A stretch of DNA of 64,000 nt. It comes from an uncultured Gemmatimonadota bacterium. GTDB taxonomy: Bacteria; GCA-2686955. Below the pieces are notes generated by a model, which did not search any database, was not told where the DNA came from, and saw nothing but the letters and a program-made list of their open reading frames with translations. Shown in pieces: positions 12,156 through 23,332 of this stretch. Every line of letters starts with the position of its first letter. Positions within the stretch are counted from its first letter, which is position 1. The DNA lies in the NCBI GenBank assembly GCA_964490075.1, contig CAZBBK010000026.1, forward strand, positions 1 to 64,000, given 5' to 3'. The position numbers and the translations under genes were made by a program.

Positions 12156-12200
12156 CTCGAGACGGGGATCGGATCCACTGTCGTTGGAAGCTCTGTTCGG

Positions 12201-13059
12201 TCAGGATACGCCCTGCGCGGAGTGCGGGTTCCCGGGCTCGGGCCGGGTCGGGTCGGCGGGGGGCATGTGCCGCGCCTCCCAGAGCAGCGCGCCACGCAGG
12301 AAGGACTGCAGCGCGCGCTGGCGCGCACGGTGGATGCCGCGACCGCGGAGCAGGGATCCCAGCAGCACCAGCGCCGGGCGGGCGGCGAGCGCCCAGGCGC
12401 CGCCGCGCCGCCCCCGGCGGAGGTCGTCGGCCGCGCGGTCCACGGCCACCGCCAGCAGCGCCACGACGTAGAAGGGAAGGGCGGGCGCGGTGGTCGCGGG
12501 GTGGGGCGTGGCGGCCCGCGGCCGCGCCCCGCCCCCCGGGGGGGGGCGCGGCCGGGGGGGGCGGGGGGGGCGGGGGGGGGGGCGGGGGGGCGCGGCTCCA
12601 GGTCTCGATCCACTCCGCCAGGAGGGCGTCGGGGCGCTGGGGGTCGCGGCGCAGCAGGGGCAGGCAGAGGGGGGGCGGTTGGGGCGGCTCGAGGGCGGCC
12701 AGGAAGCGCCAGGGGGGGGGCAGGCGCAGCGCTCGGGCGGTGGCGGCCCGGGCCAGGCGTCCGGTGCCGCCGCGCAGGCGCAGGATCTGCTCGGCGGCGA
12801 TCGGCGTGCGGTCGGACCAGGGGGGCGACTCGGCGTCGATCACCAGGTCCCAGCGGCCGCTCTCGAGGATCGAATCGGCCTCCGGCGGAACCGTTTCGAC
12901 GCGGTCGAGGAGTGGCACGCAGCGCAGCGCCGGGGCCCACTCGGCGGCGGTCAGGAAGGTGATCGACGCCGCCGGGAAGCGCCGCGCGCAGGAGGCCGCG
13001 ACCGGCAACAGGTCGCGCGCCGCCTCCGACTCGGTGATGGCGATGAGCAGGATCCGCAT
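12201..13059 (-). CDS. Glycosyltransferase-9 (heptosyltransferase)-like N-terminal domain protein; frame disrupted in a G/C-run stretch
   Basis: MRILLIAI..RRFPAASITFLT...LDRV..WDLVID resembles a GT9 N-terminus. A plausible C-terminus lies in the 12201-12464 frame. 12480-12720 is nearly devoid of A/T. Confidence 0.45.
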
Positions 13060-13080
13060 CGCGGCGATGGTACACGGAAG

Positions 13081-13102
13081 GGGGTAGGGCGAACCCTACC
13101 CC
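13081..13102 (-). terminator. Hairpin/terminator after the lipoprotein gene
   Basis: GGGGTAGGG-TTCG-CCCTACCCC on the minus strand (9-bp stem, UUCG loop), followed by CTT. Confidence 0.5.
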
Positions 13103-13129
13103 TTGCGTGGTCCATGCCAGGATGGCGGG

Positions 13130-13975
13130 TCAGTGCGAGTTGCCGTTCACCTGGTAGGGCATGCCCCAGGAGGCCGCGGAGTAGTCGCCGATGTCGTCGA
13201 GCTCACCGATGTCGCCGAGCTCGCCGAAGACGCTGAGCAGGAAGATGTCGACATAGGTGAAGTAGCGTCCGGGATCCGCCGGGGCGATGTAGGAGCTCTG
13301 CAGCACCATCAGCTGCTCGGTGTCGTCGAGCAGCTTCTGCTCCATGACCTGGACCTCGGAGTCGAGCAGGTGCAGCACGCCGAGCACATCCTCGGCATTG
13401 ACCACCACCGTGATGGTGACCTCGTCGTTGGGGAAGAAGGCGAGTGCGTCGGTTTCGAACATCTCGTCGGTGTCGTCGAAGGCGATGCGCTCCTCGCCCC
13501 ACGACACGATCACCTGCTCGATCTTGGTCAACAGATCGTCCGACTGGCCGTCGTAGGCCGAAATCTGGTCCACCTCCCAGCCTTCCGATCCGTCCCCCTC
13601 CACGTCGACCAGGCGCGCTCCCGAATGACTAATGGTGATGACGTCGGTGCTGCCGTCGTCGCGGTCGATCACCATGGTGCCGGCGGCGACCTGGGTGATC
13701 GCCACCCGCGCACCCTCACCCGATTCGGAGACGTCGTAGGTGGTGGAAGGGCTGTTGAAGGTGCGCCCGAAGGAGCGCACGCCGTAGTCGGGAATCGACA
13801 GGTCCGATTCTTCGGCCGACCACTGAACCACCTGGCCCTGGTAGCCGCCGTCGCCGACGACGTCGCGTATCTGGTCCTCGATGCCGTCACCGAGAACGCT
13901 GTCGCCACAGCCGGTGGCGAGGGCCGCCACCGAGACGAGGCTCAACGTGGAGAGTATGTTGCGCATGGGGTTCAT
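13130..13975 (-). CDS. Acidic hypothetical lipoprotein
   Basis: Lipobox LATGC, RBS GAGG, clean codon usage, D/E-rich. Confidence 0.8.
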   Translation of the reverse strand: MNPMRNILSTLSLVSVAALATGCGDSVLGDGIEDQIRDVVGDGGYQGQVVQWSAEESDLSIPDYGVRSFGRTFNSPSTTYDVSESGEGARVAITQVAAGTMVIDRDDGSTDVITISHSGARLVDVEGDGSEGWEVDQISAYDGQSDDLLTKIEQVIVSWGEERIAFDDTDEMFETDALAFFPNDEVTITVVVNAEDVLGVLHLLDSEVQVMEQKLLDDTEQLMVLQSSYIAPADPGRYFTYVDIFLLSVFGELGDIGELDDIGDYSAASWGMPYQVNGNSH

Positions 13976-14356
13976 GGGATTACCTCAGGGTGCAGGATCG
14001 TGAATCCCATGTGGGACACGACGGGGGGGACAGGAGGGCTATGGCGGCGATCCCAACGCATCGCCCATGCCAGCGCCGCCGGTGCAGCGCTCGCGGGGCC
14101 CCGCCGAGCGGTGCAAGCAATGGTCGCGGAGGCGCTTGTGGCGGCCTGCGCAAAGCCTGCACCGGCATCTCGTCGACTTGAGCTGTTCAACGATTGAACA
14201 GGAATCGGCCGAATTCCTGGCCTCTGCCCGCTCAGGGCTGTTCAGGGGGTGAGCAGCGCGGATTCGAGGGGGCGAGCGGAATGTGGACGATTGTCGCGGG
14301 CTGAGCTAAGCTCCGGTGATCGCTTCCGCCGACCGGCCGATGAAGCGAGCAGTCCT

Positions 14357-14431
14357 GTCCCCGTCGTCTAGTGGTTAGGACACCGGCCTTTCACGCCGGC
14401 AGCGCGGGTTCGATTCCCGCCGGGGATGCCA
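14357..14431 (+). tRNA. tRNA-Glu(TTC)
   Basis: GTCCCCGTCGTCTAGTGGTTAGGACACCGGCCT-TTC-ACGCCGG...GGTTCGATTCCC...GGGGATGCCA. Confidence 0.97.
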
Positions 14432-14440
14432 AACTCGGGC

Positions 14441-14473
14441 CAAGGCCGCTGGAGCGCGCTCCGGCGGCCTTTG
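14441..14473 (+). terminator. Intrinsic terminator after tRNA-Glu
   Basis: AAGGCCGCTGGAGC-GC-GCTCCGGCGGCCTT followed by TGTCGTGTT. Confidence 0.7.
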
Positions 14474-14642
14474 TCGTGTTCGGTGCTCCCTGGGCGCGCG
14501 CCCGGCCCTTCCCGCGCGCTCGACGGGATTCTGCTAGGATCGCCCGCGCAAGATTAGGTCCAAACTGGACGGTAGGCCGTGGGGGGCGTCGCCCGAACGG
14601 TCGTTCGCCTCCCGTGGTCGCGAAGTCTAGGGGGTACCCGCC

Positions 14643-17237
14643 ATGGCGACGATGACCGCTATTCCTCGGCCCTTTCGGGTCCGGGAGCCGATGCTCCTCG
14701 GCCTGCTGGTCTGCTGGGCGAGTGTCGGGCCTGATCGATCGGCGGCGGCTTCGGCGGCGCCCCTCGAAGTGCGGGCGACCCGGATCGACGGGTCGCCGCC
14801 ACGCATCGACGGGCGCCTCGACGAGGCGGTCTGGGAGCGCTGCTCTTTCGCGACCGGTTTGACCCAGAAGGACCCCGACGAGGGCGAGCCGGCCACCCGC
14901 GAGACATCCTTCGGTTTTCTCTACGACGACGATGCTCTGTACGTAGCCGCCCGGATGTCGATGCAAAAGGGGGAGGAAATCCGCGCTTCGGTCTCGCGTC
15001 GTGACAACGTCGGGAACTCCGAGCGCTTCATCGTCTCGCTCGATACCTACCGGGATCGGCGCACCGCCTACAGCTTCGCGGTCACCGCCACCGGGGTGCG
15101 CGCCGACTACTACCACCCGCGCGACAACGAGATGAGCCGTGACTACTCCTTCGATCCGGTGTGGTCGGCGCGGGCCGGGGTCGGCAGCGGCGAATGGAGC
15201 GCTGAGCTGCGGATCCCCTTCTCGCAGCTGCGTTTCAATGCCGCGGGCGAGCAGCGCTGGGGGGTCAACGTCAATCGCTGGACGCCGACCACCAACGAAG
15301 ATGCCTACTGGCAGCTGGTCCCCAAGGACGAGACCGGTTGGTCGTCGCGCTTCCCGGTGCTGACCGGCATCTCCGGCATTCCCCCCTCGCGCCGCATCGA
15401 GATCATGCCCTACGGCGTGGTATCGGCGACCTCGAACAAGGGCGCGCTGCCGCTCCAAGATGCAGACGCTCTGGCGCGTGCCGGGGCGGATTTCAAGATG
15501 GGGTTGGGCCCCAATCTGACCCTCGACGCCACCATTAATCCCGACTTCGGGCAGGTCGAGGCCGACGCCGCCGAGGTCAATCTCTCCGCATACGAGACTG
15601 TGTTTCCGGAGAAGCGCCCCTTCTTCATCGAAGGAAGCCAGCTGCTTTCCGGGCCCGGCCCACGCTACTTCTACACGCGCAGGATCGGCGGTCCCCCGCA
15701 TGGTCAGCCGGCCGATTCGGTCGTTGCCGGCGTCGATTTCACGACGATTCGCGGGGCGCTGAAACTGACCGGGCGCACCGAGAAGGGCCTGTCGGTCGGC
15801 GCCCTGGCGGCGGTCACCGGACCCGAGCAGGCGACGGTGATGGAGAGCGGCGCGGAGCGCAGCTCCAAGTCCTATGTGGAACCGGCATCGTTTTATGGGG
15901 TGGGTCGCCTGCAACAGGAATTCGGCAGGTCGCGGTCTACCGTCGGACTGATGCTGGCGGGCGTCGAGCGCGACCTTCGCTCGGGGTCGAATCTCGCCGG
16001 CCAGATGGCGCGTCGGTCGATCGTGGGGGGCGGGGATTGGGGGCTGCGCTTCGAAGGAGGCAAGTACGAGTTTTCGGGCCATGCCGGTTTCAGCTTCGTG
16101 GAAGGGGACAGCGCGACGATCGGAGCCATCCAGGAGTCATCGGCTCACTACTTCAATCGGCCGGACGCCGATCATGTCGACTACCGGGGCGCACGCACTT
16201 CCTTGCAGGGCTATGTGCTGGGCGCCGATCTGCAGAAGCTGGGTGGGCGCCACTGGCTGGCCGGCGTCGGCGGATCGATGCAGACGCCGGATTTCGAGCT
16301 CAACGAGACCGGTCTCTTGACCTCGGCCGATCGAATCGACGGGCGCACCTGGCTGCGCTATCGAGAGAACCGACCCGGCCCGTTGCTGCGCAGCTACTCG
16401 CTGACGCTCGAGAGCAAGGGGATTTGGAACTTCGCACGCACGGCGCAGCAGGCGGAGCACACTTTGCAGGCCGACGCGGTGTGGCCGAATTTCGTCGCCT
16501 GCAATTTGGCGCTGCAGGGAAGCCCGGCCTGGCTGAGCGACTCGATCACTCGAGGTGGGCCCTTGATGCGCGCCGGTGCGCGCGGCGGATTCCGACTCTT
16601 GGTGCACGGCAACTATGCGGCCCAGACTACCTGGACCCTGTCCACGAAGTGGGGGGCGACGGAGTACGGCAGCTGGAGCGGCAACCTACACGGGCGACTG
16701 GGGCTGCGGCCCAGGCCGCGCTGGGAGCTGTCGCTCAAGCCGATCTTCGACCGCTCGCTCGACAAGCGCCAGTTCATCGCCGCACTGCCGGTCGGTGGGG
16801 CGGAGACCTACGGCACCAGCTACGTCTTTTCGACCGTCGACTTCACGCGCATCTCCGTTCAGGCCCGGGTCAACTACTCGTTCACGCCAGACCTGACGCT
16901 CGAGGTCTACACCGAGCCCTTCGTCGCATCGGCAGATTTCTTCGGAGTCGGTGCCTTGGAGACTGCCGGGGGGCGAGCGCTGCGGGAGCTCAGCGCCCTG
17001 GAGCGCAGCCTGATCCCGGAACAGCTCGACTTCACGCACCTATCTTTCCGCTCCAATTTCGTGCTGCGCTGGGAGTGGCATCCCGGCAGCACGCTCTACC
17101 TCTTGTGGCAACAGGATCGTGGCGAAGACCAGCTCGGTGGCGAGCGGGTCGGGCCGACGGATATACTCTCCACGCCGACCGCCGCCGGCGACACCTATAT
17201 CGGCGCCAAGCTGACCTACTGGCTCCCCGCCTCGTAG
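14643..17237 (+). CDS. DUF5916 outer-membrane protein with a CBM9-like N-terminal domain
   Basis: [59 protein letters not shown] and [18 protein letters not shown]. Confidence 0.9.
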   Translation: MATMTAIPRPFRVREPMLLGLLVCWASVGPDRSAAASAAPLEVRATRIDGSPPRIDGRLDEAVWERCSFATGLTQKDPDEGEPATRETSFGFLYDDDALYVAARMSMQKGEEIRASVSRRDNVGNSERFIVSLDTYRDRRTAYSFAVTATGVRADYYHPRDNEMSRDYSFDPVWSARAGVGSGEWSAELRIPFSQLRFNAAGEQRWGVNVNRWTPTTNEDAYWQLVPKDETGWSSRFPVLTGISGIPPSRRIEIMPYGVVSATSNKGALPLQDADALARAGADFKMGLGPNLTLDATINPDFGQVEADAAEVNLSAYETVFPEKRPFFIEGSQLLSGPGPRYFYTRRIGGPPHGQPADSVVAGVDFTTIRGALKLTGRTEKGLSVGALAAVTGPEQATVMESGAERSSKSYVEPASFYGVGRLQQEFGRSRSTVGLMLAGVERDLRSGSNLAGQMARRSIVGGGDWGLRFEGGKYEFSGHAGFSFVEGDSATIGAIQESSAHYFNRPDADHVDYRGARTSLQGYVLGADLQKLGGRHWLAGVGGSMQTPDFELNETGLLTSADRIDGRTWLRYRENRPGPLLRSYSLTLESKGIWNFARTAQQAEHTLQADAVWPNFVACNLALQGSPAWLSDSITRGGPLMRAGARGGFRLLVHGNYAAQTTWTLSTKWGATEYGSWSGNLHGRLGLRPRPRWELSLKPIFDRSLDKRQFIAALPVGGAETYGTSYVFSTVDFTRISVQARVNYSFTPDLTLEVYTEPFVASADFFGVGALETAGGRALRELSALERSLIPEQLDFTHLSFRSNFVLRWEWHPGSTLYLLWQQDRGEDQLGGERVGPTDILSTPTAAGDTYIGAKLTYWLPAS

Positions 17238-17266
17238 CGGGGAAGGCAGCGCGGGGGCGAGGAACG

Positions 17267-18521
17267 GTGACCCATCCGGATCTGATCGGTAGCCAGATCT
17301 CGCACTTCTCAGTGCTCGAGCGCATCGGTGCAGGGGGGATGGGTGTCGTCTACCTGGCGCGCGACGAGCGTTTGTGTCGCGAGGTGGCCTTCAAGGTGCT
17401 GGCTGCGGCGCGGATCGCCACGCCGCGCTGGTCTCCGCGCGGCGACGCCATCCTCTTCCTCGATCGAGGTGGCGATCCGCTGGGCGGCGCCCGCCAGCGC
17501 ACCGAGCGCAGCCGTCTGGCCTCCCTCTGGAGGATCGGGGTCGATCCAGCGACCGGTGGCGCATCGGGACCGCGTCGTGCGTTGCTCAGAGACCTGCCGG
17601 GGCAGGGACCGATCTCATACTCGGCCGATGGCCGCAGCCTGCTCTACATCACCCAGACGGGAACCGCCAATCTGTGGGGTGTGGAGCCGCGGGACGACGA
17701 GCCGCCGAAGGTCCGCCCCCTCACCCGCGGTAGCCATTTCGATCGCAGCCCGGCGGTCTCGCCGGACGGCAGCCGAGTCGCGTTCGTGCGCAGCCGCTAT
17801 GGAGAACGTTCCGAGGCTCATACCGTGCCGATCGGCGGGGATCCTGCGATCCAGCGCACCTTTCTGGGCTCGTTCAGTGAGCGGCCGGTGTGGGGGCCCC
17901 AGGGCCGGCGCCTCGCCTTCGCGACTCGGGTTCCGGAAGGGCTCGCCATCGCCATCGTCGACCTCGAGAGCGGCGTGACGACCACCCACGCCGAGGCCCT
18001 GCTCCCGGTCTCCCTGCCCATGGCCTGGGCGCCGGCCGATTCGATCCTGCGCCAGCGTGCCGGGGACCGGGCGATCTCACTGCTCGACCCGCGCGACGGC
18101 GGGGCGCGCACGGTGCTCACTGAACCGCGGCTCGAGTGGCTCTTCGCGCCGTTGATCGCGCCCGGGGGGGAGCGCGGCCGCCTACTGGAATCGCCGGAGG
18201 AACCGGGGGATTTGGCTCCTCGACCTGCGCCGGCCGGAGCGTTCGCGCCTGCTGCAGTCTTCGAACATGGTGCTGCCGATCGCCTGGTCGGAGGACGGAT
18301 CGGCCGTCTACGCACTCTCTGAGGTGCTGCGCCCGCCGCGCGTCATTCGCTATCCCCTCGGCGCTGGCGAGCCCGACACCGTATCGGTGCTCCCCTTCGA
18401 AGACGTCTCGAGCGTCGCGGCCTCTCCCGACCTGGGCGAGTTTATCTGTTCGGTCGAGGAGGCCAGCGCGGACGCCTGGCTGGTGGAGGGTCTCGATCTG
18501 CGATCGGCGCGGGAACGATAG
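17267..18521 (+). pseudogene. Internally deleted Ser/Thr kinase - TolB/PD40 beta-propeller fusion, frameshifted
   Basis: Kinase subdomains I-II ([20 protein letters not shown]) join directly to PRWSPRG / PAVSPDG / PVWGPQG repeats. No HRD or DFG motif. Frameshift near the G run at ~18164-18175. Confidence 0.75.
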
Positions 18522-18656
18522 TCCCGGAACGAGTTGTTTCTCCCCCGCCGCGGCAATATGCTTCTTACAATAGAGATGTTCGAGGCGCAGAGGGCGTCTC
18601 GGAAGCCCCGACCTCAACGCGGGGACGGCGCGCCGCGCCCCATGGGGACTCGATAG

Positions 18657-20576
18657 ATGTCAATCACTTGGCCGATCCACGCCTGCGCTCTCTTGGTGCT
18701 GCCCACGCTCGCCGCGGCAGAGTCGAGCCCCTGGACCTGGAGCCCGGTCTGCGGCGTCAGCGTCAACCACGTCCGGGCTTCCATGCATGATCCCGCACAG
18801 GCCTTCGCCGCGACTTATGGCGGCGCGGTCTTGAGGACCGACGATTGGGGGGTGAGCTGGCGCCAGCTCTCCGACTTCGATCCCGACGCGCTCTGCGTCG
18901 CTCTGGTCCCCAACGATCCCAACACGGTCTTCTACGGCTCGGAGGGCGGGGGTGTCTTTCGGTCGACCGACGGCGGTGCGACCTGGGAGCGCAACGATCG
19001 CGGCCTTTACAAGACCTACGTGCTCTCCATGGCGGTCGAGGAGAAGGCGCCGGGGCGGCTCTTTGCCGGGATTCAGGGAGCGGGGATCTACCAGCTCCAC
19101 GACTGGGACTCCGACTGGCAGCCGATCACCGGATCGCGTTTCGAGTACGAGACCATCGTCGAGCTGGCCATCGATGCCGGCGAGGACATGCTGCACGCTC
19201 TGAGGCAAGATAGCGGCTTGATCGTTGGCCGCGCGGGCGAGGGTTGGTCGCCGCGAACGAGTCCGGGCGAGCCGCTGCGCACCGTGCTCGCGCATCCCAC
19301 CGACCCGGGCACGGTGCTGCTGGGCGGCGTTGGGGTGTACGCGTCGTTCGACGAAGGGCGCACCTGGAAGGAGCTCTCCGAAGGACTCGGGGGCTCGTCG
19401 GTCTACAGCCTCGATGCCAGTCGCGACGGGGAGTCCCTCATTTTGGCGGGCATCATGGGCGACGTGGCGCGCTTCGATGTCGGCTCGCGGCTCTGGGAGC
19501 GCCTCCCCTGCGCCGATCCGGGGCACGCGGTCAACACCGTGGCGATCTCGCCCCTCGATCCGAATCTCGTCTGGGCTGGCGCCGAAGGGGACGGCGTCTA
19601 CCTGTCGACCGATGGCGGCACCACCTGGGAGGCGCGCGACCATGGGCTTCCGAGCGGCGCCGGCGTCTCTGCCGCGGTCGATCCCGACGACCAGCAGATC
19701 GCCTACCTCGGTACCTACCACGGCGGAATCTACAAGACCACCGATGGAGGTGAGAGCTGGACGATGCTCGCCACACCGGCCAACAACTGGCGGATCGTGC
19801 GCGCTTTGACGGTCGATCCCGGAGAGCCGAGCACCCTGCTCGCGGGGATCATGCCGGACGGTCTGTGGCGTTCGCTCGACGGCGGCGAGAGCTGGGAGCG
19901 CATCTACCCGATCGACCGGAAGCCGAACAATGGCGATGCGTGTTCTTCGGTGCTGGTCGATCGCACCGACTCTCGGCGGATCCTTGCCGGCACTTACGGC
20001 AAGGGGGTGCAGCTCTCCGAGGACGGTGGCGAGAGCTGGGCCGCGGCCGGCGTGACCGGCGAGGCGGTGTGGGCCCTGAGCCAGGATCCCTTCGACCCCG
20101 ACCGACTGCTCGCCGGCACCTATCACGGCATCTATCGCTCGCTCGACGGCGGCCGTAACTGGGGCAAAGTGTCGCGCGTGTTTTCGACCAGAACCGTCCT
20201 CTTCGATCCGACCTCGATCGACGTGGCTTACGCCACCACCCGCAACGAAGGGCTGATCTGGAGCACCGACGGCGGCGTCAAGTGGTACCGCGATCAGAAC
20301 ATGGACGACGATCTGATCGATCTCTGGGGAGCGGCGGTGGTGACCACGGCCGACGAAGAGCGGGTGCTGGTCATCGGATCGTTCAGAAGCGGCGTCGCCC
20401 ACCGTCCCCTCGATGACGATTTCTTCGCCGACTGGATCCGCTGGAACGATGGTCTCGGCGGCCCTCTGGTGCGCGGAGTCGCCGCTGCCGATCAGACCAA
20501 CGGCCGAATCTACGTCGCTCTGAACGGCGGCGGCGCCGGATCGATCCTGCCCTCGGAGTTGCCCTTGGCCCCGTAG
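18657..20576 (+). CDS. Secreted VPS10/BNR-repeat beta-propeller (glycosyl hydrolase-like)
   Basis: Signal peptide and many S/T-x-D-G-G-x-T/S-W Asp-box repeats. Confidence 0.88.
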   Translation: MSITWPIHACALLVLPTLAAAESSPWTWSPVCGVSVNHVRASMHDPAQAFAATYGGAVLRTDDWGVSWRQLSDFDPDALCVALVPNDPNTVFYGSEGGGVFRSTDGGATWERNDRGLYKTYVLSMAVEEKAPGRLFAGIQGAGIYQLHDWDSDWQPITGSRFEYETIVELAIDAGEDMLHALRQDSGLIVGRAGEGWSPRTSPGEPLRTVLAHPTDPGTVLLGGVGVYASFDEGRTWKELSEGLGGSSVYSLDASRDGESLILAGIMGDVARFDVGSRLWERLPCADPGHAVNTVAISPLDPNLVWAGAEGDGVYLSTDGGTTWEARDHGLPSGAGVSAAVDPDDQQIAYLGTYHGGIYKTTDGGESWTMLATPANNWRIVRALTVDPGEPSTLLAGIMPDGLWRSLDGGESWERIYPIDRKPNNGDACSSVLVDRTDSRRILAGTYGKGVQLSEDGGESWAAAGVTGEAVWALSQDPFDPDRLLAGTYHGIYRSLDGGRNWGKVSRVFSTRTVLFDPTSIDVAYATTRNEGLIWSTDGGVKWYRDQNMDDDLIDLWGAAVVTTADEERVLVIGSFRSGVAHRPLDDDFFADWIRWNDGLGGPLVRGVAAADQTNGRIYVALNGGGAGSILPSELPLAP

Positions 20577-20587
20577 TTGCGCGGGCC

Positions 20588-22081
20588 CTAGTCCACGATC
20601 ACGTAGAACGAGTCCGAGTCTCGGTAGGCGCCGATCCGGTTGGCGCCGATGTAGGCGGTCACGGTGTAACCCTGTCGCGGCGTTCCCCCGGGCACTCTCA
20701 GGGAGACCGGCAAGGTCACCTCCTCTTCGTCTTCCAGGGCTTGATTGAGCTGGGTGAAGATCGTCCGTTCGAGCCCGTCGTCACCGACCGCTTCTACCCA
20801 GACGTCCTTGGAATCGGCGTCACCCGACCAGTTGCCCGCGACCACGTCGAAGCCCACATCCGCCCCGCGTGAGGTGAAGGGAAAGGTTGTCGACTGGCTG
20901 AAGGAAACGGAGAACTCGTCGGATTCGGGGGTCGGCGCGGCGTCGGCCCAGGCCAGCTCCGGATCGCCGTAGCCGTTCCAGCGATCGTCGAGCCAGACCG
21001 CGTGCAGCCGGCCGTTGACCTCGATCATGCCGCCGTAGCCGTGCGCGGAATCGACATAGTTGTTGAGACGCCGGGAAGCGACCCACGAGCCGCCGTCGTT
21101 CTCGCGATAGTAGATATCTTCGTTGGTCTCGTAGGAGAGCACCGCCGGTAGGCCTTCGGGAAAGACCATGCGCAGATTCTCGCGGTTGTTCCAGCCGCTG
21201 GAGATCGCCTCGGGCGCGCCCCAGGAGCTGCCGTTGGTGCTCGACGAGGTGCGCAGGTGATAGTTGGTGGCCCATACGGCGACCAGATCGTCTCCGTTTT
21301 GACGCAGGTCGCCGCCCAGGATGTCGTAGCACTTCGAGTAGTCGGCGATTTGGTAGTAACCGGACCAGGTCTCGCCGTGGTCCGTGGAGTACTTGGAGCG
21401 GACTTCGGTTTGATAGCGGTTGCTCGAAGGTTGCAGCGCGTAGAGCAGCACCAGGCGCGACAGGTCGGGGGTGTAGCCGAGTCCCAGAGCCCGCTCGCCG
21501 CGCCCGTACGATGCCTGCACGCTCGCTGTCCAACTCGAACCGCCGTCGGTGCTGTGGCGGGCGCGGATCTCCCAGGTGTCGCCGTTGAATTCGCGCCACG
21601 CGACCACGATCGCGTTGCCGGTGAAGGTGCCTCGCGAGGTGATCAGCAGGTCCGCCTTGGCGGCATTCCCCGACCGGAGCGATGTGTGACTGATCCAGGT
21701 CGCGCCCTCGTCGGTCGACTTGGCGAAGGCGACGCGACCGCCACCCGATCCGTTGTCTTCGGTGTAGGCCACCAGCAGGTCGCCCGAGTAGCCGTCGGTG
21801 TGCATGCGGCACTCGGGCTTGATCGGGTACTGCGGACGATCACCGGTATCGATTTTCTGGTTGGTCCAGGTCGCTCCGTCGTCGGTCGACTTGAAGTGCC
21901 ACAGAGAAGCGCTGCTGCGGGCGGCGACGTGCAGGTTTTCGGAATCGTCCGCTGCGAGGTCGGAATCGAAGAGCGTCGAGCCGTTGATCGTGGCGATCTT
22001 CTCGGTGTCTCCGAAGTTCTCGTAGCAGCCGGTGTTCAGTGCCGCCAACAGGGCCGGCACGGCAAGATATGAGTTGCGCAT
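20588..22081 (-). CDS. BNR/sialidase-like lipoprotein with a C-terminal Ig-like domain
   Basis: Lipobox LNTGC and Asp-boxes STDDGATW, STDEGATW, STDGGSSW and STDHGETW. Confidence 0.8.
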   Translation of the reverse strand: MRNSYLAVPALLAALNTGCYENFGDTEKIATINGSTLFDSDLAADDSENLHVAARSSASLWHFKSTDDGATWTNQKIDTGDRPQYPIKPECRMHTDGYSGDLLVAYTEDNGSGGGRVAFAKSTDEGATWISHTSLRSGNAAKADLLITSRGTFTGNAIVVAWREFNGDTWEIRARHSTDGGSSWTASVQASYGRGERALGLGYTPDLSRLVLLYALQPSSNRYQTEVRSKYSTDHGETWSGYYQIADYSKCYDILGGDLRQNGDDLVAVWATNYHLRTSSSTNGSSWGAPEAISSGWNNRENLRMVFPEGLPAVLSYETNEDIYYRENDGGSWVASRRLNNYVDSAHGYGGMIEVNGRLHAVWLDDRWNGYGDPELAWADAAPTPESDEFSVSFSQSTTFPFTSRGADVGFDVVAGNWSGDADSKDVWVEAVGDDGLERTIFTQLNQALEDEEEVTLPVSLRVPGGTPRQGYTVTAYIGANRIGAYRDSDSFYVIVD

Positions 22082-22102
22082 GGTCGGTCTCTCCAGGCGT
22101 GA

Positions 22103-23332
22103 TCAGAAATCGAACGAAACGTCGTGCTCGTAGACGGCGGCGTCGGTACAGGGGTTGCTGCGACAATTACCAGTGCACGATTTCGCGCCGCGGTGGTCGG
22201 CGTGGTTCAGAGAAGCGTCACGAAACTGCAGCAAGACCGCCTGCGCCTGCAGAAAGGCGTTGCCTGCATTGCGATACGAGCCGAAGATATAGCCGTCGTG
22301 AGCCTTGAAGTGCAGGTCGACATAGAGATCCATGGTGCCGGTGGCGGGATCGTAGCTCTGCGGTCGCAGTGAGGTAACCCACTGGATGAGCCACTGCGCC
22401 TCGTCCTTGCTCCGCAGCGGGTCGGTTTCCGTGTTGTTGATGTCGAAGAGGATCTTGCTGAAGCCGATCGTCGCCGTCGGGTAGGTGGTCCTGGTGTCGC
22501 CGACGATGCTGCTGGAGATCGTCTCCAGGTCGACGATGTCGTCCTCCCAGTCGTACTCCCGAGAGAAGTCCTTGCGGCTCACGAAGAGACCGCTGTCTCC
22601 CGCGACGATTACATAGCTGACTCGGGTTGGATAGGAGATGTCTTCGCGGCCGAGATCGCACTCCAGAGTGTTGCAGTCGAGCTCGAGCCAGGTCTCGATC
22701 AGGAAGTTGATGGTGTCGGTGGAGGGATCGTAGTGCTCGTCGTGGATCTTCACCATGACCGTGACCGGTTTCTTGGCCTCGGTATTGGAGCAGAAGTTGA
22801 AACCGTTGATCAGCACCGCATATCGATCGCGGTCGCGGGTGTTGGAGGAGGCGTTGACCTGCATCGCCTTGACGGTGTGGATGATGCTGTTCTCGTCGCC
22901 GGTCACGGTGAAGGTCGTATGGCCCGATTGCAGGCCGACGTCGTTGGCGGCGATCTTGGTGTAGAATGTCACGTGCTCGGAGGTGTCGTTGTCCATGCCC
23001 GGGCTGGCTCCGTGGACCAGGGTGCCGGTGCAGGGCGACGACGAGCACGAGATGTCTTCGATGTAGCTGCCGAGGCGGTTCATTCGATGATTGCGCTCGC
23101 GCCAGGTGTGGTGGAAGCCGCGCCAGAGCAGGACCGCGTCGTCGTAGACGGCTCCTGCGTCGTCGCGGGGAGGCTGCGGCTTCGCGGACGCGTCGGCCTC
23201 GCTCGCGACTCGGTCGCTGGCGGCGTCAGCGGGTCCGGAGTTGGGGGCGTCGTCCACATCTCGAGCGGATGCGGGTGGGATCGCGAGCGCAAGGCAGGCG
23301 CATCCGATGAGCGAGTATCTCGGGCGGTGCAT
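22103..23332 (-). CDS. Secreted hypothetical protein
   Basis: ATG at 23332 gives a signal peptide (MHRPRYSLIGCACLALAIPPASA). Protein-like composition with paired Cys. Lies just upstream of the BNR lipoprotein on the same strand. Confidence 0.7.
   Translation of the reverse strand: MHRPRYSLIGCACLALAIPPASARDVDDAPNSGPADAASDRVASEADASAKPQPPRDDAGAVYDDAVLLWRGFHHTWRERNHRMNRLGSYIEDISCSSSPCTGTLVHGASPGMDNDTSEHVTFYTKIAANDVGLQSGHTTFTVTGDENSIIHTVKAMQVNASSNTRDRDRYAVLINGFNFCSNTEAKKPVTVMVKIHDEHYDPSTDTINFLIETWLELDCNTLECDLGREDISYPTRVSYVIVAGDSGLFVSRKDFSREYDWEDDIVDLETISSSIVGDTRTTYPTATIGFSKILFDINNTETDPLRSKDEAQWLIQWVTSLRPQSYDPATGTMDLYVDLHFKAHDGYIFGSYRNAGNAFLQAQAVLLQFRDASLNHADHRGAKSCTGNCRSNPCTDAAVYEHDVSFDF

Noticed and set aside
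12480-12725. Extreme G-run tract giving poly-Pro/poly-Gly translations and G-quadruplex potential
   Set aside because: A/T bases nearly vanish in the middle of an otherwise normal gene whose frame breaks here. A sequencing or consensus artefact is more likely than biology; raw reads are needed.
16037-18322. 761-aa ORF as a single real gene
   Set aside because: The first ~410 aa is an off-frame overlap of the DUF5916 gene. Only the part from GTG 17267 is protein-like.
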